From Kiloniellales bacterium (GTDB lineage: Bacteria; Pseudomonadota; Alphaproteobacteria; Kiloniellales; JAKSBE01), in NCBI GenBank assembly GCA_030066685.1, contig JASJBF010000002.1, positions 225,847-289,846 on the forward strand: DNA of 64,000 nucleotides. The letters are read 5' to 3'. The position numbers were made by a program, and so were the translations under genes. Positions within the stretch are counted from its first letter, which is position 1; every line of letters begins with the position of its first letter. Below the pieces are notes generated by a model. The model ran no database searches. It saw only the letters and a program-made list of their open reading frames with translations, and was not told the DNA's origin. Below are positions 19,224-28,446 of the stretch, piece after piece.

Positions 19224-19330
19224 GGCATGGCCCCCATGTCCTCGCGCCCTGATCCGAAGTGTAAGTGAGTAATTACTTACAAAATCCGAAATGGGATGCC
19301 GGCCGGTGACCTTCAAGCCCTTTTTCGCTT
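19170..19330. repeat. roughly 160 bp duplicated segment, copy 2 of 2
   Basis: Aligns with 17706..17866. Palindrome variant GTAAGTGAGTAATTACTTAC. Confidence 0.8.
19258..19284. promoter_or_regulatory. palindromic candidate operator, second copy
   Basis: AAGTGTAAGTGAGTAATTACTTACAAAA with core GTAAGTAATTACTTAC, at the same relative position upstream of the chimeric gene's ATG. Confidence 0.45.
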
Positions 19331-19373
19331 CGGGGGCGGTCGCCGGGGGCCGCGGGGCGCCGCGGTCTTGCGA

Positions 19374-19745
19374 TCAGAAGAGCGACAGGCTGCGTCTGTA
19401 GGGACGGCCGTGCAGCAGGACGAAGCGGCTGCGCACCCGGCGGACTTCCAGCAGTTCGCAGTCGGGCAGGCGCGCGGCCAGGAAGGCCGTGGCCTCGAGG
19501 TAGTCGTCGGCGCGCAGGCGGTGGACCCGCGGTTTCCGCCGTTCGCGGCACGCGAGCTGCACCCGGTAGATACCGCCGGCCAGGTAGTGAGCCAGCTCCG
19601 CCTCGATGGGGCGGTGGATGTAGGCCGGGCCGGCGAGGATGCCGGAGACGTTGAGGTAGATCTCCAGGCCCAGGCCCCCGACCAGGATCAGCGCCATCAG
19701 CAGCCAGTGGCGCGGCTTCATCTTGTGCAGCGGGATCCGCTTCAT
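19374..19745 (-). CDS. small single-pass membrane protein, tandem paralog 1 of 3 (unknown family)
   Basis: N-terminal transmembrane segment, then the conserved C-terminal ..Y.......L.C.........LRADD...A.AFLAARLPDCE. Confidence 0.5.
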   Translation of the reverse strand: MKRIPLHKMKPRHWLLMALILVGGLGLEIYLNVSGILAGPAYIHRPIEAELAHYLAGGIYRVQLACRERRKPRVHRLRADDYLEATAFLAARLPDCELLEVRRVRSRFVLLHGRPYRRSLSLF

Positions 19746-19748
19746 CGC

Positions 19749-20087
19749 CTAGATCCGCTTCATCCAGGTGACCTCGCAGTCCGGGAAGCGCTGCGCCAGG
19801 AAGGCCAGGGCCTCCTCGGAATCGTCGGCGCGCAGGGTGTTGGCCCGCTTCCGCGGCGCATTGCGACAGGACAGGCTGACGTCGTAGCGATGGCCCACGA
19901 CCATGTAGAGGGTCTCCGTCCTCAGGCCCCGGTGCAGGTAGTCGCGGCCGTCGCGGACCCCGGTCACGCTGACCGCGAAGCCCAGGAAGAGGCCGCTGGC
20001 GAGCAGCAGGAGCAGGGCGGTGCCGAGGCCGCCCTTGCGGCCCCGGGAGCGGGATTTTCGGCGCTTGCGGCCTCTGCGGTCGCTCAT
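19749..20087 (-). CDS. small single-pass membrane protein, tandem paralog 2 of 3
   Basis: Arg/Lys-rich N-terminus, transmembrane segment, then ..GRDYLHRG..VSLSCRN..LRADD..ALAFLAQRFPDCEV. Confidence 0.5.
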   Translation of the reverse strand: MSDRRGRKRRKSRSRGRKGGLGTALLLLLASGLFLGFAVSVTGVRDGRDYLHRGLRTETLYMVVGHRYDVSLSCRNAPRKRANTLRADDSEEALAFLAQRFPDCEVTWMKRI

Positions 20088-20097
20088 CTAGGCGTTC

Positions 20098-20403
20098 CTA
20101 GCCGAAATCCATGGAATGCTTGACCCGGCAGTCCGGAAAGCGTGCCTTCAGATAGGCCTTGGCCTCGCCCCAGCGGCGCGCGCGCAGGCGCACCACCCGC
20201 AGCTGCGGCGGCGTCTCGCAGGCCAGGGTCGCGGACATGGTGTGGCCCCAGAGCCGGAAGCGGAACTCGTTGTAGAAGTCCCGCGAGACGTAGTCGCCGT
20301 CCCGCGTCAGGCCGGCGGCGGCCAGGGCCGCGCCGACGAGGTAGACCGTCAGCACCACGGCCGCCGCCGCGGCGACGCTCTTGGCCGGCTTGGGAATCCG
20401 CAT
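20098..20403 (-). CDS. small single-pass membrane protein, tandem paralog 3 of 3
   Basis: MRIPKPAKS.. transmembrane segment ..DGDYVSRD..ATLACE..LRARR..AKAYLKARFPDCRV. The long N-terminal extension in the ORF track was rejected. Confidence 0.5.
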   Translation of the reverse strand: MRIPKPAKSVAAAAAVVLTVYLVGAALAAAGLTRDGDYVSRDFYNEFRFRLWGHTMSATLACETPPQLRVVRLRARRWGEAKAYLKARFPDCRVKHSMDFG

Positions 20404-20438
20404 GGACCGGAGCCTAGCAGGCCCCATTTTCCATAGGG

Positions 20439-22124
20439 TTAAGCCGTTTGCGACCCCGCCTTCTCCCTGAGCACGAACTTCTGGATCTTGCCGGTGGAGG
20501 TCTTGGGGAGCTCGCCGAAGATCACGGTCCGGGGGCACTTGAAGTGGGCCAGGTTGTCGCGGCAGAAGGCGATGATCTCCTCAGCCGTGGCCTCGGCGCC
20601 CTCCTTCAGCTCGACGAAGGCGTAGGGGGTCTCGCCCCACTTCTCGTCCGGCTTGGCGACCACGGCGGCCAGCGCCACCGCCGGGTGCTTGTAGAGCACG
20701 CCCTCGATCTCGATCGAGGAGATGTTCTCGCCGCCGGAGATGATGATGTCCTTGGAGCGGTCCTTGAGCTCGACGTAGCCGTCGGGATGCCAGACCCCGA
20801 GGTCGCCGCTGTGGAACCAGCCGCCGGCGAAGGCGGCCGCGCTGGCCGCGGGGTTCTTGAGGTAGCCCTTCATGACGATGTTGCCCTGGAGGAAGACCTC
20901 GCCCAGGGTCTCGCCGTCCTTCGGCACCGGCGCCAGGGTCTCGGCGTCGGCGACCATCAGGCCCTCCAGCACCGGATAGTTGACGCCCTGGCGGGACTTG
21001 AGTGCAGCCTGCGCCTCGCCCGGCAGGCCGTCCCAGGCCTCGTGCCAGGCGCAGACCACCGCGGGGCCGTAGGACTCGGTCAGGCCGTAGACGTGGGTCA
21101 CCTTGATGCCCTGCTGCTCCATGGCGGCCAGGACCGAGGCCGGTGGCGGCGCGGCGGCGGTCATCATCTCGACCCGCTGCGGGAAGCCGGCGCGCTGCTC
21201 TTCCGTGGCGCCGAGGATCATCTGCATGACGATGGGCGCGCCGCAGAGGTGGGTCACGCCCTGCTCGGCGAAGGCCCGGTAGATCGCCCCCGCCTCGACC
21301 CGGCGCAGGCAGACGTGGGTGCCGGCCAGCGCCGTGATGGTCCAGGGGAAGCACCAGCCGTTGCAGTGGAACATCGGCAGGGTCCAGAGGTAGACCGGGT
21401 GCGGCGCCATGCCCCAGGTCAGGACGTTGCCCAGGGCGTTCAGATAGGCGCCCCGGTGGTGGTAGACCACGCCCTTGGGGTTGCCGGTGGTGCCCGAGGT
21501 GTAGTTGAGCGAGATCGCGTCCCACTCGTCGCCGGGCAAGGACCAGGCGAAGTCCGGGTCGCCCTCGGCCAGGAAGCCCTCGTAGTCCAGGCTGCCCAGG
21601 CGCTTGCCGCCGGGTCCCTGGGGATCGTCGACGTCGATCACCAGGATCTCGCGGTCGAGCTCGGCCAGGGCCGCTTCGATGACCGGTGCGAACTCGGTGT
21701 CTGTGATCAGGACCTTAGCCTCGCCGTGATCGAGGATGAAGGCGATGGCGGCGGCGTCCAGGCGGACGTTGAGGGCGTTCAGCACCGCGCCGGCCATGGG
21801 CACGCCGTGGTGCGCCTCCCACATCGGCGGCGTGTTGGGCGCCATGACCGCGACGGTGTCGCCCTTGCCGATGCCGCGCTTGGCCAGCGCCGAGGCCAGG
21901 CGCCGGCAGCGCGCGTAGGCCTCGGCCCAGCTCCGCGTCTCGGCGCCGTGGACCACGGCCGCGCGCTCGGGGAAGACCGCAGCGGTGCGCGGCAGGAAGC
22001 TCAGCGGCGACAGCGGCGTGTAGTTGGCCGGGTTCTTCTCCAGGTCGGTCTCGTAGGGCCTGCTGCCCGCCGTCGGGTCTTGGGTCACGGTCCGCTGCCT
22101 CCCGGTTCCGTCTTCATTCTGCAC
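20439..22124 (-). CDS. AMP-dependent acyl-CoA synthetase/ligase (medium-chain type)
   Basis: AMP-binding motif YTSGTTGNPKGV plus ..GYGLTE..GWFHSGD..PKTSTGKIQK. Confidence 0.88.
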   Translation of the reverse strand: MQNEDGTGRQRTVTQDPTAGSRPYETDLEKNPANYTPLSPLSFLPRTAAVFPERAAVVHGAETRSWAEAYARCRRLASALAKRGIGKGDTVAVMAPNTPPMWEAHHGVPMAGAVLNALNVRLDAAAIAFILDHGEAKVLITDTEFAPVIEAALAELDREILVIDVDDPQGPGGKRLGSLDYEGFLAEGDPDFAWSLPGDEWDAISLNYTSGTTGNPKGVVYHHRGAYLNALGNVLTWGMAPHPVYLWTLPMFHCNGWCFPWTITALAGTHVCLRRVEAGAIYRAFAEQGVTHLCGAPIVMQMILGATEEQRAGFPQRVEMMTAAAPPPASVLAAMEQQGIKVTHVYGLTESYGPAVVCAWHEAWDGLPGEAQAALKSRQGVNYPVLEGLMVADAETLAPVPKDGETLGEVFLQGNIVMKGYLKNPAASAAAFAGGWFHSGDLGVWHPDGYVELKDRSKDIIISGGENISSIEIEGVLYKHPAVALAAVVAKPDEKWGETPYAFVELKEGAEATAEEIIAFCRDNLAHFKCPRTVIFGELPKTSTGKIQKFVLREKAGSQTA

Positions 22125-22296
22125 AGGGTCGGGGGCATTCTAGCGCCCTTGCAGGCCGGGAAAACCCGCTCCCACGCCCGGCGCGTACTCTGTTTCCGCC
22201 TTAACCAAGACTTCAATTCTTGGTGAAATGACTTCGAAACTCGCCCATATTCCTTGTGTGGGCTTCTTCTTTCGGACGACAGGACGGGTTTGATCC

Positions 22297-23373
22297 ATGC
22301 AGGACTTCGACAGCGCGGTTCGCCAGGCCGAAGAACAAATCAAGATCGCGCAGGAAAAGACGCTGGCCGTGAGTTCGGTCTTCGCGGAGGCCGAGGTGGC
22401 CAAGGCGGAAAGCCTGCCTATCGATATCGAGAACGCCAGCCTGCAGGACGTCGAGACGCACAACGAGGCGATGAACGCCAACATCGCCGAGCTGATTATC
22501 GGCCTCGACGAGGTCACGGCCGGATTCTCCAAGGAATTCGAGGCGATGCGCGACAAGACCGGCTGGGAGACCATGGTCGGCTGGTTCTCCAGCGCCAAGG
22601 CGGACAGCCTGAGGGCCGAGCGGATCCGGGTCGCCAGCATCGACGACAACCTGCAGGACCTGATCGGCAAGTCCGACGTCATCGTCGCAATTTTGGACCG
22701 GCAGCTCGCCACCCTGAACGAGCAGAAGGGCAAGGTCGAGACGCGCCTGGAGCAGACCCTTGCGGAGCGCGAGCAGGCCGTCGCCGAGCTGGAAAGCGTG
22801 CGCGCGGAGCTGCAGGCCCTGGACCCCAAGATCATCGACCTGGAGAACCGCATTTCCATGGCCACCGACCCGGCCGAGCGGACCCAGCTCGAGACCGAGC
22901 TGGCCAACCTCAACACCCGCCACAACGAGCTGGTCCAGGCCGAGCAGGTCACCCTGGCGCGCTCCCAGACGCTCGAGAAGTACATCGAGAAGGGCAAGAC
23001 CTGGGTCGATTCTCTGCAGAATCAGGCGGCGACCCAGATGGTCCTGATCAACAAGCTGCAGACCGACACCAAGCAGCGTGTGGTGCTCTACGACGCCCTG
23101 ACCAAGTCGCTCAAGACCGCCCAGCAGCAGGAGGTCGCGCACCGGATCAACGAGATCGGCAGCCAGACCGACAAGGAGGCCCAGGCGGCCATGGCGGCGA
23201 TCGGCGCGGCGACCCAGGCCCGCATCGCCGACATGATGGAGGCCCACGAGGACAACATCGTCTTCGCCCGCAAGGTCCTGGAGGAGAAGGCCAAGGCCGA
23301 CGAGCGCTTCGCCCGGCGCTTCGCCCGGGTCGTCGAGAAGCACGACAAGAACCTCTACGGCCAGCCGTCTTGA
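22297..23373 (+). CDS. coiled-coil protein of unknown function, first gene of the AAA+ operon
   Basis: A 358 aa, almost entirely helical protein with many heptad stretches (LEQTLAEREQAVAELESVRAELQALD..). No family recognised by eye. Confidence 0.6.
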   Translation: MQDFDSAVRQAEEQIKIAQEKTLAVSSVFAEAEVAKAESLPIDIENASLQDVETHNEAMNANIAELIIGLDEVTAGFSKEFEAMRDKTGWETMVGWFSSAKADSLRAERIRVASIDDNLQDLIGKSDVIVAILDRQLATLNEQKGKVETRLEQTLAEREQAVAELESVRAELQALDPKIIDLENRISMATDPAERTQLETELANLNTRHNELVQAEQVTLARSQTLEKYIEKGKTWVDSLQNQAATQMVLINKLQTDTKQRVVLYDALTKSLKTAQQQEVAHRINEIGSQTDKEAQAAMAAIGAATQARIADMMEAHEDNIVFARKVLEEKAKADERFARRFARVVEKHDKNLYGQPS

Positions 23374-23614
23374 CCTTGCCTGGGCCAGCCATCGGAACAC
23401 AAGCCGGTATGGGTTGCCGATAGTGTCCCTAGCGAAGCCACCTCTCCTGCCGTCATCCCCGGACTTGATCCGGGGATCCATCGAGTCGCCGGTACCATGG
23501 ATTGCCGGGTCAAGCCCGGCAATGACAGCTGGAGACGTATCTCTCGGCGAGAGATCTCGGCGGGCACTTGGCCACCTGCCGTCGCCTGATTCAGAACCGC
23601 GAACGAGCTGCTAG

Positions 23615-24739
23615 GTGCCCGCTTCTGGTCTCGAAATAAGCGACAGCGCCGCCTGCCGCGGCTACTTCGGCAAGTTCAGCGAGATCACGCGCCACATCCG
23701 TGGCCTGGCCAGCGAGATGTCGCTGGACGGGAGGTCGAAGGGGCTGGCCGAGATCGAGGCCGAGGTCTTGGAGGGCTACCTGCGCAGCCTGTCCGGCAGC
23801 CTGACTGCGCTTTCGATCAAGTACCTGATGACAGGGCTGGTCGGCGGCCGACGTCCCGGGCCCCTGACCATCGACCACACCGACAGCGGCTTCCCGCAGT
23901 TCCAGGAGATCGTTCGGATGGCCGGCGACCGCGGCGAGGCCCAGTCGCGCTTGGCCGAGTTGCCCCAGCGCGCTGCCCTCAAGGCCGAAATGGTCGACCA
24001 CCTGCTGCAGCATCGCAGCCTGCCGCGCGACCTGCAGCTCGACATGAGCCGGCGGGTCTACTACGAGATGCTGAGCGAGGTGCCGCTCTTCCTGGCCCAG
24101 AACCCGCCGCAGCTCATGCCCTTGGGCACCCGGGATCCGGAGACCCGGGGCCACCTCTGCCACTGGGCGGTCTACGACACCCAGCGCAACCTGCCCAACG
24201 TCTACCTGATGCAGCTGGAGGACAGCGGCGAGCGCTCCCTGACCCAGGACCAGCGGCGCTGGCCTCTCGTGGCCGAGCACCTGCTGGCGCAGTCGCTGTC
24301 CAGCCTCAAGCTGCTGACCATCGCCCGCGGCTTCGATAAGGACTTCCAGGACATGCACCCGAAGGTGCTGAAGCGCTTCCACCTCGGGCCGATGTACGCC
24401 AACAGGCTGACCCGGCACTCCGACACCGTGCAGGACATCCTGGCCGAGAGCGACGACGAGCCGGGCCAGGACTGGGTGCTCTGCTGGACCGTCGAGACCC
24501 TGCGCGCCAAGGGCTCGAAGAAGACCTCGACCGGGCTCTTCGGCTCGGTCCGGACCGAGATCTACGACATCGACCCGCAGGCGCCCGAGGAGGTCGAGGC
24601 CGGCGCCTCGGCCATCGAGCGCTGCATGATCCTGCCCTACCGGCCCTATCAGCGCCTGGTCGAGCGCGACCTGCCGCAGTTGCGCTCGGTCCGCAAGTAC
24701 GTCGTCGGGCCCGACGGCACGATCCTGCGCCGGGCCTGA
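23615..24739 (+). CDS. hypothetical protein, second gene of the AAA+ operon
   Basis: A 374 aa soluble protein with no recognisable motif. Start codon uncertain (GTG 23615 or ATG 23717). Confidence 0.55.
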   Translation: MPASGLEISDSAACRGYFGKFSEITRHIRGLASEMSLDGRSKGLAEIEAEVLEGYLRSLSGSLTALSIKYLMTGLVGGRRPGPLTIDHTDSGFPQFQEIVRMAGDRGEAQSRLAELPQRAALKAEMVDHLLQHRSLPRDLQLDMSRRVYYEMLSEVPLFLAQNPPQLMPLGTRDPETRGHLCHWAVYDTQRNLPNVYLMQLEDSGERSLTQDQRRWPLVAEHLLAQSLSSLKLLTIARGFDKDFQDMHPKVLKRFHLGPMYANRLTRHSDTVQDILAESDDEPGQDWVLCWTVETLRAKGSKKTSTGLFGSVRTEIYDIDPQAPEEVEAGASAIERCMILPYRPYQRLVERDLPQLRSVRKYVVGPDGTILRRA

Positions 24740-24770
24740 CCGTGACTCACAAGAGGGGACCAGAGAGCGC

Positions 24771-26729
24771 ATGACCGCCACCGCGCTGATGGAGATCAAG
24801 GAAGCGGAGATCCGCAAGCACTACCCGCAGACCTACCAGCTGCTGGCCGGCTTCGACTATGCGCCGCGGATCGGCCGCGCCAGCGAGGCGCCCGCCGCGC
24901 GCCGCGGCCGCTCGCCCGGCATTCCCGGGCGCCGGGGCTTCCGCTCGACCACCCCGGGCCTGGCGAACTCCGGCGCGCCCTCGGGCGTGGTCTCGCTCTT
25001 GAACCGGATCCAGGGCATCGACTCCGAGGACCCGCTGCAGAGCGAAGCCCAGGTCCACGTCCTGCGTAGCCTCAGGCGTGCGCTGGCGGTCGCCGAGGCC
25101 GTGGTCGAGCTCTACGGCGAGCTGACCCCGCTCAACCAGCTCAAGCAGGCCAACAGCCAGGGCCGCCTGGCCGAGGCGCAGAAGGCGGAGTTCGCCGAGC
25201 TGCTGTCGAGCGCGGCGCTGATCGGCCTCTTCACCTTCGCCAACCTTCTGGGCTTCCTGGTCCGCAACGGCGGCGAGGCCGGAGGGCCGGAGATCGAGGT
25301 CGGCGAGGTCGAGGAGATCGTGCTCGACAACATCAACGTCGCGCTCAAGGGCGCGCTCTGGGAGCTCGACCAGAAGCTCGCCCGCTTCGCCGAGACCGAC
25401 GCCGAGCTGGCCGCCGCGGTCACCGCCTACGCCGAGCGGCTGATGGACGAGGCCGCCCTGCGCAGCAGTGGGGCCCGCCACCTGGAGGCCTTCGTCGCCA
25501 AGACCTACCGGGTCGAGGCCGACGACTTCCAGATCGACGGCTTCACGCCGGCGCGCCGGGCCGCCTCGACGCCGCTGGTCATGACCTTCAAGAAGCCGGA
25601 GGAGGTGATCGGCAACCACATCGCCAAGCACCAGTGCATGAAGCTGGCGAAGATGCTGATGGCCTACGACTTCACCCGCCAGCTCAACCCCTTCGTCGAG
25701 CTGGGCGGTTTCATCTTCACCTTCATGGGCGACGGCAAGCCGGGCACCGGCAAGACCACCCTGATCCAGATGCTCGGCGGCCTGCTGAACGACTACTGCC
25801 AGGCGGCCGGCTATCCCTTCCGCTACGAGAACCTGTCGTCGGAGTCGATCGATTCCTACCAGGGCAAGTCGGGCCAGAACGCCAAAGCCTTCATCCGCAA
25901 CGTCATGGATCCCCACGTCATCGGCTTCGGCACCATCGACGACATCGACCAGATCGCCGGCCGGCGCGGCGACCGCCAGTCCTCCTCGGGCCAGCAGGAG
26001 ATCACCGCGGTGCTGATGGAGTCCTTCAGCGGGGCCAACACCGTGGTCCGCGGCAACTGCAGCTTCGGCATGTTCTCCAACTACCCGGAGAACGTCGATG
26101 ACGCCCTCCGGCAGCGCGCCGGGGCCCGCTTCCTGGTCGACGGCCCGCGCAGCGAGGCGGACTACATCGACATCCTCCACCTGCTGCTCGGCAAGAACCA
26201 CGACATCGCCGTCGGCAAGCACGAGCTCTACGCCGCCCAGGAGATCCGCCGCGCCGTCGCGGCTTCCTACGAGCAGCACGGCCGGCCGGCGGAGGACCAG
26301 CTGGAGGCGGTCTTCGAGGCGGTCGCCAAGGCCCAGGGGCCGCTCGACACCATCGCCAAGCTCGGCCGCTACCTCAAGGCGATCCAGGACGTCGACCAGC
26401 GCTTCACCGGCCGCGCGGTCAAGAACATCACCGATGCCATAAAGGTCCGCGCCATGGACGTCGAGCTGCCCGACGAATGGATGGCGGAGCCGGTACTCTT
26501 CCTGCAGCAGGACTACGAAACAAAGCTCAAGATGATCGGCGAGCTGATGAACCCGATCACCCCGGAGATGGTCCTCCAGGAGATCAACCGCTACGCCGAC
26601 GCCGAGTTCCGCTACGCCAACGTCTCCGACGAAACGGCGGTCGACGGCATGGTCCGCGACTTCCACCTGCAGGCCGAGGCCAAGCGCCGCTATATCGCCG
26701 ATGTCGGCGGAGGCGAGGGGCAGGGCTAG
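24771..26729 (+). CDS. classic-clade AAA ATPase with a roughly 300 aa N-terminal domain of unknown function
   Basis: Walker A GDGKPGTGKTTL; Walker B region HVIGFGTIDDID; sensor-1/SRH FSNYPENVDDALRQRAGARF, comparable with TNRPDVLDPALLRPGRF of FtsH. Confidence 0.85.
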   Translation: MTATALMEIKEAEIRKHYPQTYQLLAGFDYAPRIGRASEAPAARRGRSPGIPGRRGFRSTTPGLANSGAPSGVVSLLNRIQGIDSEDPLQSEAQVHVLRSLRRALAVAEAVVELYGELTPLNQLKQANSQGRLAEAQKAEFAELLSSAALIGLFTFANLLGFLVRNGGEAGGPEIEVGEVEEIVLDNINVALKGALWELDQKLARFAETDAELAAAVTAYAERLMDEAALRSSGARHLEAFVAKTYRVEADDFQIDGFTPARRAASTPLVMTFKKPEEVIGNHIAKHQCMKLAKMLMAYDFTRQLNPFVELGGFIFTFMGDGKPGTGKTTLIQMLGGLLNDYCQAAGYPFRYENLSSESIDSYQGKSGQNAKAFIRNVMDPHVIGFGTIDDIDQIAGRRGDRQSSSGQQEITAVLMESFSGANTVVRGNCSFGMFSNYPENVDDALRQRAGARFLVDGPRSEADYIDILHLLLGKNHDIAVGKHELYAAQEIRRAVAASYEQHGRPAEDQLEAVFEAVAKAQGPLDTIAKLGRYLKAIQDVDQRFTGRAVKNITDAIKVRAMDVELPDEWMAEPVLFLQQDYETKLKMIGELMNPITPEMVLQEINRYADAEFRYANVSDETAVDGMVRDFHLQAEAKRRYIADVGGGEGQG

Positions 26730-26736
26730 GGACCCC

Positions 26737-28089
26737 ATGGACCGGCTGACCGAGAACAAGCTGATCTACGGCAACCTTTTCGAGGTTGGGACCGAGGTGC
26801 TGCAGAACCGCTACAACCGCGCCCTGCAGCTGCTCTACGGCCGGCAGACCGAGCTCCAGCGCTTCCGCATCGACCAGAGCGGCTTCTCGCCGGAGGTCGC
26901 CGAGGAGCTCGACGACCCCGAGTACCTCAACCCCCACGGCTGCAACCGCATGTTCATCCTGCTCACCCTGGAGCAGGCCTACCTGCCGCTGCTGGACGCT
27001 ACCTTCTCCTCCAGCCGGGCGATCCTTCAGAACTACATCGACGACAACCGCGAGGCGCTCTTTGCGCTCACCGCCCGCGACGCGGTCTTCGGCGAACTGG
27101 AGGACTCGGTGTACAAGATCAAGACCCTGGGCGACCTCACCTCGATCAAGCACATCCGGATCAGGGCGCGCACGCCGAGCCGCCTGATCACCAAGGCCAA
27201 GCGCCTGAGCAGCAAGATCGAGGCCTTCATGGAGAGCGAGACGGCCTGGTCCGACGACGAAGCCTTGCAGCAGATCATCCAACTCGCCGAGACGGTCGGG
27301 GATGTGCGCCGGCAGCCGGTGATCCCGGGCCGGACCGACTACGAGGAAGGCAACTTCTTCACCACCCACATGGGCGGGCTCTATGTCTTCAACTCGGCGC
27401 GCAAGCCGACCCTGATCTACTGCAGTCCCGACCAGCAGGGCAGCCGGGTCTACGAGGACAAGACCCTGGGCTTCCGGCACATCCCGGTGAGCGATCGCGC
27501 CGCGGTCGCACGCTATTTGAAGGAGGCCGATCTGGTCGAGCCCCTGGACGGGCTCAAGCACCTGGATCCCGCGGAGCTGCTGCGCGAGAAGCTGGAGTTC
27601 GTCGCCGTCGACCACGCCGCGCAGAACGACGCCCCGGGCGAGATCTGGGACTTCGAGCCCATGGCCCTGCGCCGCTACCTGCAGCGGAATTTCGACGAGC
27701 TGCCGGCCGAGTTCCACGACGTCCAGGGCGCGCTCCGCGCCCTGGAGCAGGGCGAGCCCGGCGGAGGCCTGGAGCCGGAGTCGCCGGGCTACTTCTATCT
27801 GCTGCGCTCGGCCCGTCACAAGGACCGGGATCTGGTGAACCATCTCTTGGCGCGGCTGACGCCGCTCGACTTCCGCCAGCTCTTCATCTGCAACAAGGAG
27901 CTCTTCTACGAGCTCTACGAGACCTGGAACGACCGCAAGCGTGGCTATGTTGCGGAATACCTCGCGCGGCACTATCAGGGGCGGGCGGCCGAGGTCTGGC
28001 GCCATCTCTACGGCCGGACCAAGGTGGCCGAGGGGCCCTGGGGCGCGCGGCCGGCGGGCGAGCGCTCCGTCATCCCGGAGGCGGGGTGA
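26737..28089 (+). CDS. hypothetical protein, fourth gene of the AAA+ operon
   Basis: A 451 aa soluble protein with GAGGGG 8 nt before ATG 26737. No recognisable domain. Confidence 0.55.
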   Translation: MDRLTENKLIYGNLFEVGTEVLQNRYNRALQLLYGRQTELQRFRIDQSGFSPEVAEELDDPEYLNPHGCNRMFILLTLEQAYLPLLDATFSSSRAILQNYIDDNREALFALTARDAVFGELEDSVYKIKTLGDLTSIKHIRIRARTPSRLITKAKRLSSKIEAFMESETAWSDDEALQQIIQLAETVGDVRRQPVIPGRTDYEEGNFFTTHMGGLYVFNSARKPTLIYCSPDQQGSRVYEDKTLGFRHIPVSDRAAVARYLKEADLVEPLDGLKHLDPAELLREKLEFVAVDHAAQNDAPGEIWDFEPMALRRYLQRNFDELPAEFHDVQGALRALEQGEPGGGLEPESPGYFYLLRSARHKDRDLVNHLLARLTPLDFRQLFICNKELFYELYETWNDRKRGYVAEYLARHYQGRAAEVWRHLYGRTKVAEGPWGARPAGERSVIPEAG

Positions 28090-28130
28090 TGCCCGCCGGG
28101 CCGCGCAGGTGAAACGGGGGATCGGAAGCG

Positions 28131-28412
28131 ATGCTGTGGGTCTGGCTTGTCCGTTCGCTGGGTGTCTTCGCCGTCCTGACGGTGATCTACATCGCGCTCT
28201 CGCTGTTCAAGCGCTGGGAGGAGCGGCGCCGGCTCGGGGCCGAGTACGACAGCCTCCACGCCGGGGGCGGCGCGACCGAGGCCCGCGACCTCTACATCCA
28301 GCGCGGCATCCACAGCTACAACAGCTCGCTCAGGCGCAAGCTGCTCTGGGGCGTCTACCTGGTGCCGCTGATGGTGCTCGCGCTTCTGATCCTGCTGGGC
28401 TACCTCAGCTAG
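28131..28412 (+). CDS. small 2-TM membrane protein
   Basis: A 93 aa protein with two hydrophobic helices flanking a basic loop (KRWEERRRLGAEYDSLH). Confidence 0.5.
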   Translation: MLWVWLVRSLGVFAVLTVIYIALSLFKRWEERRRLGAEYDSLHAGGGATEARDLYIQRGIHSYNSSLRRKLLWGVYLVPLMVLALLILLGYLS

Positions 28413-28446
28413 GGAGCGGCAGGGGGACGCGAAAGGAAAGGCTGGC

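Noticed and set aside
22297-23373. Calling the operon's first gene PspA/Vipp1 or TelA.
   Set aside because: There is no PspA-type N-terminal amphipathic helix or AEDPEK signature, and I cannot recall TelA motifs well enough to match them. It is left as a coiled-coil protein of unknown family.
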